64,000 bases of DNA from an uncultured Actinomycetota bacterium (GCA_963718235.1 CAVQYR010000001.1:1376001-1440000), one strand, 5' to 3'; positions 7,631 to 17,227 are shown, counted from the first letter of the stretch. Notes: generated by a model not told the origin, from the letters alone. Made by a program: numbers and translations.

Positions 7631-8788
7631 GTGACTGAGGGGCCCATGCTCGGCGACATCCTGGCCGTGTTCGACGCGCAGTACCCGCCTGCCACCGCCG
7701 AGCCATGGGACGCCGTCGGCCTCGTCTGCGGCGACCCTCTGCGCACGGTACGCCGGGTTCTGTTCGCCGTCGACCCCGATCCGCGGGTCGTTGCCGAGGC
7801 GCTGGCCTGGCGGGCCGACCTCGTCGTGGCCCACCACCCGCTGCTTCTCCGCCCGGTCCACGGCGTGCCGTCCAGCACGGCGAAGGGTCGGGTGGTCACC
7901 GATCTGATCGAAGGGCGCTGCGCCCTCTTCACCGCGCACACGAACGCCGACGTGGCGGCGGGCGGTGTCAGCGACGCTCTGGCCGACGTCCTAGGCCTGG
8001 ACGACACCCAGCCGCTCACCGCGCACGAGGACGCGCAGCTGGCGATCGCGACGTTCGTGCCTCCGGCTGCGGCGCAGCGCGTGATCGACGCCATGGCTGA
8101 CGCGGGAGCCGGGACGGTCGGCGACTACAGCCGGTGCGCCTGGAGTGTCGCGGGGACGGGGCAGTTCCTGCCCGGGGACGGCGCACATCCGGTGATCGGG
8201 GAGCCCGGACGGCTGGAGACCACCGCCGAGGTGAGAGTGGAGATGGTGGCGCCGTGGGGCATGCGCGACCGGGTCGTTGCTGCCCTGGTCGACGCGCACC
8301 CCTACGAGGAGGTGACCCACTTCGACACGGTGCTCGCGCCGCGACCGGGGTCGACCGGGCTGGGCCGCGTGGGGTGGCTCGGCCAGCCGACCTCGCTGTC
8401 GGCGTTCGCCGAGCGGGTCGCACGGGCGCTGCCCCCGACCCCAGCGGGGGTCCGGGTCGCGGGTGACCCCGACCGGGTGGTCCACCGCGTCGCGGTCTGC
8501 GGGGGAGCGGGGGACAGCCTGCTGGGGGCCGCGGCCGATCGGGGCGCCGACGCCTTCGTCACGGCCGACCTGCGGCACCATCCGGCGTCGGAGCACCTGG
8601 GCGAGGGCACGCCGGCCCTGGTCGACCCCGGTCACTTCGCCAGCGAGTGGCCGTGGCTGCCGGTGGCGGCCAGGCGCCTGGCCGATGCACTTGCCGAGCT
8701 CGGCACTACGGTGGAGATCCGCGTGTCCACCCTCGTGACCGACCCGTGGACCTCACTGGTCACCGCCGTTCCAGAGGAGCAGCCCTGA
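7631..8788 (+). CDS. Nif3-like dinuclear metal centre protein (YbgI/DUF34) with PII-like insert
   Basis: AEPWDAVGL, HHPLL, HTNAD, HPYEE, DLRHH and HFASE motifs. Confidence 0.9.
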   Translation: MTEGPMLGDILAVFDAQYPPATAEPWDAVGLVCGDPLRTVRRVLFAVDPDPRVVAEALAWRADLVVAHHPLLLRPVHGVPSSTAKGRVVTDLIEGRCALFTAHTNADVAAGGVSDALADVLGLDDTQPLTAHEDAQLAIATFVPPAAAQRVIDAMADAGAGTVGDYSRCAWSVAGTGQFLPGDGAHPVIGEPGRLETTAEVRVEMVAPWGMRDRVVAALVDAHPYEEVTHFDTVLAPRPGSTGLGRVGWLGQPTSLSAFAERVARALPPTPAGVRVAGDPDRVVHRVAVCGGAGDSLLGAAADRGADAFVTADLRHHPASEHLGEGTPALVDPGHFASEWPWLPVAARRLADALAELGTTVEIRVSTLVTDPWTSLVTAVPEEQP

Positions 8789-9528
8789 ACGCCTCGCCCG
8801 CCGACCAGCAACGCCTGCTCGACCTGCAGACCATCGACTCCCAGATCGCCCAGCTGGCCCACCGGCGCTCCCGTCTGCCCGAGCTCGCCGAGCTCGACTC
8901 CTTGGCCGAGCAGCTGCGGGGCGTGGCCGACGACCTCGTCGGCGTGCAGACCGACAGGTCCGACGTCGCTCGCGAGGCCGGAAAGCTGGACCGTGACATC
9001 GAACAGGTGAGAGCGCGCGCCGACCGCGACCAGCAGCGGATGGACTCAGGCGCGGTCGGCTCGGCCAAGGAGCTGGAGAGCCTGCAGCACGAGATCACCT
9101 CGCTGCAGCGCAGGCAGAACGAGCTCGAGGATGCCGAGCTGGAGATCCTGCAGCGGGTCGAAGACCTGGACAACGCCGTCAACGGGCTCACCACGCGCCA
9201 GCAGGAGCTCAACGACCAGAAGACCGACGCCGAACGCCGTCGTGATGCCACATGGGCGGAGATCGACCGTGACACGGCACTGGCCCAGGAGCAGCGAGTG
9301 GGGGTCGTCACCGACGTCCCCGCTGAGCTCATGGCGCTGTACGAGAAGGTGCGCGAACAGCTCGGCGGCGTCGCGGTCGTCGCCCTGAGGCAACGACGGT
9401 GCGACGGCTGTCGGCTCGAGCTCAATGCCATCGAGCTCGGACGGTTCCGCGATGCTCCCGAGGACGCCGTCCTGCGGTGCGAGGAGTGCCGGCGGATCGT
9501 CGTGCGCACCGCGGAGTCCGGGCTGTAG
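8785..9528 (+). CDS. Coiled-coil C4 zinc-ribbon protein (DUF164/Rv2229c-like); probable CTG start
   Basis: Long coiled coil followed by CDGC...CEEC; CTG overlaps the TGA of the upstream gene, with GAGGAG RBS. Confidence 0.85.
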   Translation: MNASPADQQRLLDLQTIDSQIAQLAHRRSRLPELAELDSLAEQLRGVADDLVGVQTDRSDVAREAGKLDRDIEQVRARADRDQQRMDSGAVGSAKELESLQHEITSLQRRQNELEDAELEILQRVEDLDNAVNGLTTRQQELNDQKTDAERRRDATWAEIDRDTALAQEQRVGVVTDVPAELMALYEKVREQLGGVAVVALRQRRCDGCRLELNAIELGRFRDAPEDAVLRCEECRRIVVRTAESGL

Positions 9529-9537
9529 GGGGGAGGC

Positions 9538-10656
9538 GTGGCACGGCGACTGCGGGTCGAGGCTGACGGTGGTTCGAGAGGCAACCCTGGTCCGGCTGCC
9601 TACGGTGCGTTGGTGCGGGACCTCGAAACTGGCCAGGTGCTCGCGGAGAGTGCGGCCGAGATCGGGGTGGCGACCAACAACGTTGCCGAGTACCGCGGGC
9701 TGATCGCCGGCCTGCGAGCCGCACGTGCGATCGACCCCGACGCAGTCGTCGAGGTGGCGTTGGACTCCAAGCTCGTGGTCGAGCAGATGAGTGGTCGATG
9801 GAAGATCAAGCACGAAGGCATGCGTGGTCTGGCTCTCGAGGCACGCGAGGTGTTCTCGGCTTCGCAGGTGACCTACCAGTGGATTCCGCGCGAGCAGAAC
9901 AAGGACGCCGACCGACTGGTCAACGCGGCGTTGGACGGCACCTTGGACAAGCCGCGAACGAGGCGCCCGGTCAATGCCCTCGTCGGGTGGTCTCCCCCCT
10001 CCGAGTCAGCGACGACCACGTTGCTGCTGCGGCACGGTGAGACGGCGCACACGGCGGCCAAGAAGTTCAGTGGCTCCGGTGGCGACGACCCGGTGCTCTC
10101 TGACCGTGGGCGCTGGCAGGCCGAGCAGGCGGCCACCTACCTCGCCACTCACGGTGGGGTCGACGCGGTGATCACCTCACCGATGCGCCGTACCCGTGAG
10201 ACGGCGATGCTCGTGGCCGGCGCACTGGGCGCCGAGCTCGTCGTCGACGACGACATCCGTGAGGCCAGCTTCGGGGACTGGGACGGGTACACGTTCGCTG
10301 AGGTCACTGCCCGGTGGCCTGACGAGCTGTCGGCGTGGTTGGCGTCCACCGCCGTCCGTCCGCCGGGTGGTGAGTCCTTCGACGACGTGCTCGAGCGGGT
10401 CGAGGCCGCCCGCGACCGGATCGTGGCCGCCCATCAGGGCCGCAACGTGCTGCTGGTCACCCATGTGACGCCGGTGAAGACGCTGGTCCGGCTGGCTCTG
10501 GACGCACCGGCCCATGCCCTGTTCCGGATGGAGCTTCGCCCTGCGTCGCTGTCCACGGTGGTCTGGTTCGGCGACGGCAACGCGTCGTTGCGTGCCTTCA
10601 ACGACACCGCCCACCTGCGCGACGAGCCCACCGCGCACGCGCCCAACGCCGGCTGA
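9538..10656 (+). CDS. Bifunctional RNase HI / histidine phosphatase (RnhA-CobC, Rv2228c-like)
   Basis: ADGGSRGNPG, TNNVAEY, DSKLVVEQM, NKDAD; second domain LLRHGET...VTHV. Confidence 0.92.
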   Translation: MARRLRVEADGGSRGNPGPAAYGALVRDLETGQVLAESAAEIGVATNNVAEYRGLIAGLRAARAIDPDAVVEVALDSKLVVEQMSGRWKIKHEGMRGLALEAREVFSASQVTYQWIPREQNKDADRLVNAALDGTLDKPRTRRPVNALVGWSPPSESATTTLLLRHGETAHTAAKKFSGSGGDDPVLSDRGRWQAEQAATYLATHGGVDAVITSPMRRTRETAMLVAGALGAELVVDDDIREASFGDWDGYTFAEVTARWPDELSAWLASTAVRPPGGESFDDVLERVEAARDRIVAAHQGRNVLLVTHVTPVKTLVRLALDAPAHALFRMELRPASLSTVVWFGDGNASLRAFNDTAHLRDEPTAHAPNAG

Positions 10657-10675
10657 CCTCCCCCGCGCAGCTGAC

Positions 10676-11467
10676 TCACAGGGTGCGGACGACGACGTCG
10701 AGTCGGGCCGGGCGGCCAGGTTCCGGTGCGACGAGCTCGACGGCGCAGTCGGCCAGTGCCGCGCCGAGGGCCTCACCCAGGGCCGACAGCGTGCGGGGCG
10801 CACCTCCCGACCGGGCCAGCGCGGCGACCATCCGACCCTTCGTGGCCTTGTTGTGATGGCTGACGACCTTGACCGACCCGTCGGGACGGCGGTGCAGCAC
10901 TCGGGCCACGGCCGTGCGCTCGGCCACGTCCCCCTTGGGCACCCACATGGACGCGTAGGCGCTGGACCGCAGGTCGAGGACGACACCGCGACCGGCCGCC
11001 TCGGGCAGGACCACGTCGAGCGGGTCGCGCCACAGTGACGACACCTTTCCGAGCCGCGGCAGGGTCGCGTCCCCGCTCAGCCGGTAGGGCGGGATCTGGT
11101 CGTTCATCCGTACGGCGCCCCACAGTGCGGAGGTCACCACGACCCAGGCATCGACCCGACGTCTCGCCACGGCCGGCAAGGAGCGGTAGCCCAGCGCGTC
11201 GTAGAGCACCCCGGTGTACACCGATGACGCCCGTCCGGCTGGTGACGAGAGCAGGACGCGGTCGCGTTCGAGCTCGGCGTCCTGACGGGCACTGAGCCCC
11301 AGAACCCGACGAGCCCTGGCCGGGGAGCCGTGCGCCACCCGGTCCAGGGCCCGCACCACTGCTTCGCGGGTCGAGGTGAGTGACGGGAAGGACAAGGTTG
11401 CCAGGTCGACCGGCTCACCGGTGGCGACGACGGCCTTTCCCTCCGAGGGAGGCAGCAGGATCAGCAC
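10676..11467 (-). CDS. yaaA: Peroxide stress protein YaaA
   Basis: MLILLPPSEGK, YTGVLYDAL, SALWG, DLRSSAY and VVSHHNKATKG motifs. Confidence 0.85.
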   Translation of the reverse strand: MLILLPPSEGKAVVATGEPVDLATLSFPSLTSTREAVVRALDRVAHGSPARARRVLGLSARQDAELERDRVLLSSPAGRASSVYTGVLYDALGYRSLPAVARRRVDAWVVVTSALWGAVRMNDQIPPYRLSGDATLPRLGKVSSLWRDPLDVVLPEAAGRGVVLDLRSSAYASMWVPKGDVAERTAVARVLHRRPDGSVKVVSHHNKATKGRMVAALARSGGAPRTLSALGEALGAALADCAVELVAPEPGRPARLDVVVRTL

Positions 11468-11489
11468 GAACGCGTACCCTAGGGGGGCG

Positions 11490-11905
11490 ACGGACGAGTG
11501 CTCCGGGCGGCCGCGTCGGGCAGGGTGACCTGTCCGCCGAGGAAAGTCCGGGCTCCGAAGGGCAGGGTGGTGGGTAACTCCCACCCGGGGTGACCCGCGG
11601 GACAGTGCCACAGAGAACAAACCGCCGACCGGTTCGCCGGTCGGTAAGGGTGAAACGGTGGTGTAAGAGACCACCAGCACCGCAGGTGACTGCGGTGGCT
11701 CGGCAAACCCCACCCGGAGCAAGGTCAAGAAGGAGTCGGGCGCAGGCCCGGCCCCGCGCAGGCGTTCGAGGACGGCCCGTCCGAGCCTGCGGGTCGATCG
11801 CTAGACGGTGTCGGCAACGGCATCGCGAGAGGGATGGTCGCCCCTCGGACCAGCGCCGCAAGGCGGTCTGAGGACAGGACCCGGCTTACAGGGGCACTCG
11901 TCCGT
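11490..11905 (+). ncRNA. rnpB: RNase P RNA, type A
   Basis: GAGGAAAGTCCGGGCTCC, CAGTGCCACAGAGAAC, AAGGGTGAAACGGTGGTGTAAGAGACCACC, GGCAAACCCCACCCGGAGCAAG and ACAGGACCCGGCTTA; complementary P1 ends. Confidence 0.97.
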
Positions 11906-11937
11906 CGCCCCTCGGACCGCTGCGGCTGGTCGACTGA

Positions 11938-12402
11938 TCAGTCACGGTCCGGCATCAGGTGGTCGGCGACCACCTGCAGGCTGGCCCCGAGCTGGGCGAA
12001 CTGCTCGGGGGTCAGTCGGTCGACCAGGTGCTCGCGCACGCTGGCCACGTGGGACGGCGCCGCGGCGACGAGCCGTCGCAATCCCTCGTCGGTGAGGACG
12101 GCGAAGAAGCCCCGCCTGTCGTCGGTGCACTCCTGGCGACGGACCAGGCCCGCGCTCTCCATCCGGGTGATCTGGTGGGAGAGCCGGCTTTTGCTCGACA
12201 GGGTCACCTGCGCCAGCTCGGTCATCCGGAGCCGGCGCTCGGGAGACTCCGACAGGCGGACCAGGATCTCGTAGTCGGCCATGGTGAGGCCGTGGCTGCG
12301 CTGCAGGTCGCGCCCGAGCTGCTCGTGGAGCAGCAGCGAGGCGGTCAGGTAGGCCCGCCAGGATGCCTGCTCCTCGGCACTCAGCCAGCGGGGTTCGGCC
12401 AC
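11938..12402 (-). CDS. MarR family transcriptional regulator
   Basis: MAEPRWLSAEEQASWRAYL...YEILVRLSE...SKSRLSHQITRME...DDRRG. Confidence 0.9.
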   Translation of the reverse strand: MAEPRWLSAEEQASWRAYLTASLLLHEQLGRDLQRSHGLTMADYEILVRLSESPERRLRMTELAQVTLSSKSRLSHQITRMESAGLVRRQECTDDRRGFFAVLTDEGLRRLVAAAPSHVASVREHLVDRLTPEQFAQLGASLQVVADHLMPDRD

Positions 12403-13771
12403 TCCTGAAGCGTAGTCCCCGCAGTCGGGTGCGCCGTCGAGGCGGTGGCGGAGTCCTGCCAGGCGCCGACCTGCCGGACGGTTGCGGCCAGGCAGACGCC
12501 GGAGCCGACGAGAAGCAGCGCGCTGAGCAGGTCCAGCGCGAACACGTTGGGCAGGAGCGGGCCGGTGAGGACGGAGACGACCAGCGAGGCGGCGAGGGCA
12601 CCCAGCCACCCGGTGACCAGCTGCGGGTTGGGCCGGGGGCTGTGCGGGTCGTTGCGGGTCTGGGGGTCGCTACCGTGCCAGAGGTCCTGGAGCACCTGCC
12701 ACCCGATGTACAGACCGGCCACCGGGATCAGCCACCCGAACACCGACCAGTTCGGGGACCAGCGCTGTTGGACGGGCGACAGCGTGGACACGTTGGCCCG
12801 CGCCCGGTGCACCCACATCAGGAAGACGACGATGGCCGCGATCCAGGCGGCGATGCTCGCGAAGGCGACCAGACCCCCCAGCAGGCCCAGCAGACCCGAC
12901 GTCCCGAGCGCTGCGTCGGGGTCCCCTCCGCTGAAGGCGGTCTCGACAGCACCGGCGAGACTGCGGATGGCCAGCCAGCTCACCACCAGGGCGATCAGCG
13001 AGAGCACCGGCCCGACGACGACCAGCGCCGTGGTGGGCAGGGTCAAGGGGGCCAGAGGGCTCGAGGAGCCGGCGGCCACCCACCACGAAGCGGGGACGTC
13101 GCCTGGTGCCTCGTGCCCCGTGTCCGTCTGCCCCGTGTCCGTCTGCCCCGTGTCCGTCTGCCCGTGTCCGTCGCGGGAGCGGCCGGCGCCTCGGCCGAAG
13201 CGGGGGGTACCGGGACCGGCTGGCTGACGGGCCTGGCGACACTTTCCTGCAGCGGGGCGCGCGTCACGCGCTCGGCCGTTCCTGGGGCGCCCGTCGAGCC
13301 GGCTCCACCGGACACCTGCTCCCAGGGGGCGGTGAGCGGGTCGACGACGGTCGCCGAGGCCATCACCAGCGTCGCTGGCTCGACCTCCGACGCGGCGTCT
13401 GACTCGACGTGCGACTTGACTGCTGACTGGGCCTCGGCCTGCGCGGGCGCCTCGGCCGCGACCTCCTCGACGGCGAGCTCGGCCTCGATCGGCTCGGGGT
13501 CGACCTCCGGTGCCGTCTGGCGCTGCACCAGGGAGGCCAGAGCGTCGAACTGGGCGTCGGCGTGGACCTCGGGGGCCTCGGCCTGGGCCGTGGTCTCCTG
13601 CTCGGGCTCGACCTCGGTTGCCGCGTCCAGGACCGGCTGCTCGTCACCGGGTGGGTAGGTCGCCCCCGCCGGCCAGCCGCACAGGGTGCAGCGTTGGGTC
13701 CCGGAGAGGAGGATCGCCGTACACCGCTCACAGGGGTTGGCCGACTGGGTCGCAGGCTTCTTGGCACGCAT
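12381..13771 (-). CDS. Zinc-ribbon plus acidic linker plus DUF4328-like membrane protein; one-base frameshift near 13161
   Basis: N-terminal CERC...CTLC; C-terminal FLMWVHRARAN...WSVFGWLIPVAGLY..WQVLQDLW; restoring one G in the 15-bp repeat joins the two ORFs as (TDTGQ)3-TDTGHEAPG. Confidence 0.7.
13114..13171. repeat. 15-bp tandem repeat, about 4 copies
   Basis: (TGCCCCGTGTCCGTC)n with the last copy missing one C. Confidence 0.85.
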
Positions 13772-13778
13772 GAGGCCG

Positions 13779-13806
13779 GTATCGGCTGATCGGACGCCGA
13801 TCCTTA
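13779..13806 (-). promoter_or_regulatory. Sigma28/WhiG-type promoter
   Basis: TAAG-N16-GCCGATAC on the minus strand, 7 nt before the ATG at 13771. Confidence 0.6.
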
Positions 13807-13833
13807 CCGATCGCGGGCAGGCAAACCGGGATC

Positions 13834-13850
13834 GGTCACACTGTGTGACC
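13834..13850. promoter_or_regulatory. BldD-like palindromic box
   Basis: GGTCACAC-T-GTGTGACC; the inner 15 nt fit NTNACNCWGNGTNAN. Confidence 0.55.
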
Positions 13851-13864
13851 AAGCCGGGCCGAGC

Positions 13865-14713
13865 CTAGGCGAGGGTCAGGATCTCCGCCCCGCTCTCGGT
13901 GACGAGCAGGGTGTGCTCGAACTGGGCTGTTCGTCTCTTGTCCCGGGTGACGACGGTCCACCCGTCGTCCCAGATGTCGTAGTCGATCTGCCCCAGGGTG
14001 AGCATCGGCTCGATCGTGAAAGTCATCCCGGTCTCCATGACGACGTCGAGCGTCGGGTCGTCGAAGTGGGGCACCACGAGCCCGGAGTGGAACGAGGTGC
14101 CGATGCCGTGGCCAGTGAAGTCGCGGACGACGCCGTAGCCGAAACGCCGCGCGTAGGCCTCGATGACTCTCCCGACCGCGTTGAGGGGGCGCCCGGGAGC
14201 GACCGCACGGATCCCGCGCATCATGGCTTCGTGGGTGCGCTCGATGAGCAGCGAGGACTCCTCGCTGATGTCGCCGACCGGGTAGGTGGCGTCGGTGTCG
14301 CCGTGCACGCCGTCGAGGAAGGCGGTGATGTCGACGTTGAGGATGTCGCCGTCGCGCAGCACGGTGTCATCGGGGATGCCGTGGCAGATCACCTCGTTCA
14401 GCGAGGTGCACAGGGACTTCGGGAACCCCCGGTAGCCCAGGGTCGACGGGTACGCGCCATGGTCGACCAGGAAGTCGTGACCGACGGCGTCGAGCTGGTC
14501 GGTGGTGACTCCTGGCCGGATCTGCTCAGCGACCGCCTCCAGCGCCTGAGCTGCCAGCTTCCCGGCGCGACGCATGCGTTCGATCGTCTCGGCGTCCTTG
14601 ACCTCGGGGCCCTCGTACGGTGTGGGTCGGCGCTTCCCGACGTACTCGGGGCGGGGAATCGACGCCGGCACCGACCGTTGGGCAGAGACGCGTCCGGGCG
14701 CGAGGGGCGACAT
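13865..14713 (-). CDS. map: Type I methionine aminopeptidase
   Basis: [42 protein letters not shown] and AQFEHT motifs. Confidence 0.96.
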   Translation of the reverse strand: MSPLAPGRVSAQRSVPASIPRPEYVGKRRPTPYEGPEVKDAETIERMRRAGKLAAQALEAVAEQIRPGVTTDQLDAVGHDFLVDHGAYPSTLGYRGFPKSLCTSLNEVICHGIPDDTVLRDGDILNVDITAFLDGVHGDTDATYPVGDISEESSLLIERTHEAMMRGIRAVAPGRPLNAVGRVIEAYARRFGYGVVRDFTGHGIGTSFHSGLVVPHFDDPTLDVVMETGMTFTIEPMLTLGQIDYDIWDDGWTVVTRDKRRTAQFEHTLLVTESGAEILTLA

Positions 14714-14752
14714 GATGGGGGAGTCTAGAGCCAGCGATTCCGGAGGTGCGCC

Positions 14753-14947
14753 GTGAGTGACCAGGACCTTGGGCCGGGCCCGTACTGGTGGTGTCTGGAC
14801 CACGCCCGTGTCGAGGGGCACGACGGATGCGCGAACACGGTGCGGATGGGGCCCTACGAGACCATCGCGGCCGCCGGACGCGCACTGGAGACGGCGCGCG
14901 AGCGCACGCAGCAGTGGGATGCCGATCCCAGATGGTCCGACACCTGA
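14753..14947 (+). CDS. Small conserved hypothetical protein divergent from map
   Basis: [11 protein letters not shown]...GC...RMGPYET...AL...R...WD pattern; GGAGGT RBS. Confidence 0.7.
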   Translation: MSDQDLGPGPYWWCLDHARVEGHDGCANTVRMGPYETIAAAGRALETARERTQQWDADPRWSDT

Positions 14948-14978
14948 CGTCGGTGGGCTGACCGGCACCAACCCGACG

Positions 14979-15019
14979 ACGAAACGGCCGCCGCCCATGA
15001 GGGGCAGCGGCCGTTTCGT
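14979..15019. terminator. Hairpin between convergent genes
   Basis: ACGAAACGGCCG...CGGCCGTTTCGT inverted repeat. Confidence 0.7.
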
Positions 15020-15055
15020 GACGCATGCGGCTCGTCGAGCCGGCGGTCTGTCTGC

Positions 15056-15739
15056 TCAGCGACTCCGACGGGTGGTGCGCTTGGCTGCGGTCTTGCGGGC
15101 CGGAGCCTTACGGGCCGTGGTCTTGCGCGCGGTGGTCTTGCGGGCCGGAGCCTTGCGCGCGGTGGTCTTGCGGGCCGGAGCCTTGCGCGCGGTGGTCTTG
15201 CGGGCTGCAGCCTTCTTGGTGGTGCGCTTGGCTGCGGTCTTGCGGGCCGGAGCCTTGCGTGCCGTGGTCTTGCGTGCGGTGGTCTTGCGGGCTGCAGTCT
15301 TCTTGGTGGTGCGCTTGGCTGCGGTCTTGCGGGCCGGAGCCTTGCGTGCCGTGGTCTTGCGTGCGGTGGTCTTGCGGGCTGCAGTCTTCTTGGTGGTGCG
15401 CTTGGCTGCGGTCTTGCGGGCCGGAGCCTTGCGTGCGGTGGTCTTGCGTGCGGTGGTCTTGCGGGCTGCAGTCTTCTTGGTGGTGCGCTTGGCTGCGGTC
15501 TTGCGGGCCGGAGCCTTGCGTGCGGTGGTCTTGCGTGCGGTGGTCTTGCGGGCTGCAGTCTTCTTGGTGGTGCGCTTGGCTGCGGTCTTGCGGGCCGGAG
15601 CCTTGCGTGCGGTGGTCTTGCGGGCTGCAGTCTTCTTCGTCGTGCGCTTGGTCGTGCGCTTGGCTGCTGTGGTCTTCTTCGTGGTGCGCTTGGCTGCGGG
15701 TTTCTTTGCTGCCCGCTTCGCCGTGGTCCTGGGCGCCAC
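15056..15739 (-). CDS. Histone H1-like Lys/Arg/Ala/Thr repeat protein (227 aa)
   Basis: GTG start after AGGAGG; built almost entirely of RKTTA/RKAPA/RKTAA pentapeptides; followed by a hairpin. Confidence 0.8.
   Translation of the reverse strand: MAPRTTAKRAAKKPAAKRTTKKTTAAKRTTKRTTKKTAARKTTARKAPARKTAAKRTTKKTAARKTTARKTTARKAPARKTAAKRTTKKTAARKTTARKTTARKAPARKTAAKRTTKKTAARKTTARKTTARKAPARKTAAKRTTKKTAARKTTARKTTARKAPARKTAAKRTTKKAAARKTTARKAPARKTTARKAPARKTTARKTTARKAPARKTAAKRTTRRSR
15070..15700. repeat. Nested coding tandem repeat (15-bp units within 87-bp higher-order units)
   Basis: Four identical 29-aa units KRTTKKTAARKTTARKTTARKAPARKTAA plus flanking variants. Confidence 0.92.
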
Positions 15740-15916
15740 CGGTGCCTCCTGACACGTTTGGAGTTCGGCCCCTTCGCCGAACCTCTGATGTGCACGATCC
15801 CACCGCTCGTGCGGCGATTCCAGCATCGTGCATGTTCCATGCGCGAGCGTGTCGCACATGGGACTTCGACATTGTGACGTGTTCTGCACGAACATGCGAG
15901 TTCATCCGCAGTCGAC

Positions 15917-17227
15917 TCACGAACTTTCGTCATGCATCGCGGCGTTGCGTCGTCGACGTTGTTCCACCGCGTTCTCGTCGGTGCGGTCGTCGAATCGCCA
16001 CACCGCCGGGAGCACGACTGGTGCAAGAAGCACTCCGACCACGGCGAGGAGACCACCGCCCCACAACGAGATGCGCAGCGTCGTCAGCTGCGCCATCAGG
16101 GTGGATCGGACCTGTCCGAGCTGCGGTCCGGTCGAGTACGACAGCAGCTCGATCCCGGCCAGACGACCGCGTAGCTCGTCAGGGATCGTCAGGTTCCACA
16201 TCAGGCTGCGGAACAGCCCGCTCACCATGTCGCCGGCACCCGCGATGGCGAGGAAGAGCAGGGCCCAGCCGATGTTCGGAGACAGCCCGAAACCGACGAT
16301 GGCAGCGCCCCACACCACGGCCCCGTAGACGATCGCGCGCCCGTGGTGGTGCACATGACTAGTCCATCCGGACGTGAGAGTGGCTACCAGTGACCCCACA
16401 TACGGCGCGGAGTACAGCAGTCCCAACACCCAGGGCGAGTCGTACATCAAGGCGATGAAGGGGAACAACGCGTACGGAAAGGCGAACAGCATCGCGACGA
16501 TGTCGATGACGTAGGTGCCGAGCAGGTCCTTGCGCGACCAGGCGTACTGCATGCCTTCGACGATGCCTCTGAGGCTGGGCGCCACGGCACCCAAGGGAGG
16601 CGGCGAGGCCCGCATGAGGGCCAACGCGACGAGCGAGGCGGCGTAGCTGACGAAGTCGACGGCGTACGCGGCTGAGACTCCACCGACGGCGATGATGAGA
16701 CCACCGAAGGCGGGTCCGGCGATCGTCCCGATGTTCATTCGCAGCGAGTTGAGCGCCGATGCGGCCGCAAGGTGGTCGGGGACCACGATCCTGGGGATCA
16801 ACGCGTCCAGGGACGGCCGTTGGAGGCCGTCGAGGATCGCGAACACGAAGGACGCCAGGTAGATGACCCACAGCTGCGGTTGGTCGAGCAGCGCGTTGAC
16901 CATCAGCCCTGCGGTCACGAGGGTGAAGCCGAGCTCGGCGACCAGGACGAGCCGGCGCCGGTCGACGGCGTCGGCCAGTGCGCCACCGTAGAGGCCGAAG
17001 GCGATGAGCGGGACCAGCTCGACGACGCCGAGCACGCCGACGGCGATGTAGGAGCCGGTCAGGTCGGCGACCTGGAACGGGAGTGCCACGTAGGTGACCA
17101 TCGAGCCGACGAAGGACACCGACCCCCCGAGGAACAGCAGTCGGAAGTCCCGGGAGTGCCGCAGCGGGGAGGTGTCCAGCCGGCTACGGCGGGCCAGCTG
17201 ACGCGCGCGCCGCCACCGTTGACTCAC
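15917..17227 (-). CDS. MFS transporter (EntS-like)
   Basis: LDTSPLRHSRDFRLLF, GALADAVDRRR and IPDELRGRLAG; 12 TM segments; start approximate. Confidence 0.88.
   Translation of the reverse strand: MSQRWRRARQLARRSRLDTSPLRHSRDFRLLFLGGSVSFVGSMVTYVALPFQVADLTGSYIAVGVLGVVELVPLIAFGLYGGALADAVDRRRLVLVAELGFTLVTAGLMVNALLDQPQLWVIYLASFVFAILDGLQRPSLDALIPRIVVPDHLAAASALNSLRMNIGTIAGPAFGGLIIAVGGVSAAYAVDFVSYAASLVALALMRASPPPLGAVAPSLRGIVEGMQYAWSRKDLLGTYVIDIVAMLFAFPYALFPFIALMYDSPWVLGLLYSAPYVGSLVATLTSGWTSHVHHHGRAIVYGAVVWGAAIVGFGLSPNIGWALLFLAIAGAGDMVSGLFRSLMWNLTIPDELRGRLAGIELLSYSTGPQLGQVRSTLMAQLTTLRISLWGGGLLAVVGVLLAPVVLPAVWRFDDRTDENAVEQRRRRNAAMHDESS

Noticed and set aside
11468-11728. N-terminal extension of yaaA given in the ORF track
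   Set aside because: It is the antisense of rnpB; YaaA homology begins at MLILLPPSEGK (11467).
15070-15700. Repeat array as a CRISPR or non-coding repeat locus
   Set aside because: There are no unique spacers, unit lengths are multiples of 3, no cas genes are nearby, and it reads as a K/R/A/T protein with RBS and terminator.
14757-15752. 331-aa plus-strand ORF (LRAVVLRAGA repeats) and other frames over the array
   Set aside because: Antisense or alternative-frame shadows of the histone-like gene; repeats lacking stop codons stay open in all frames.
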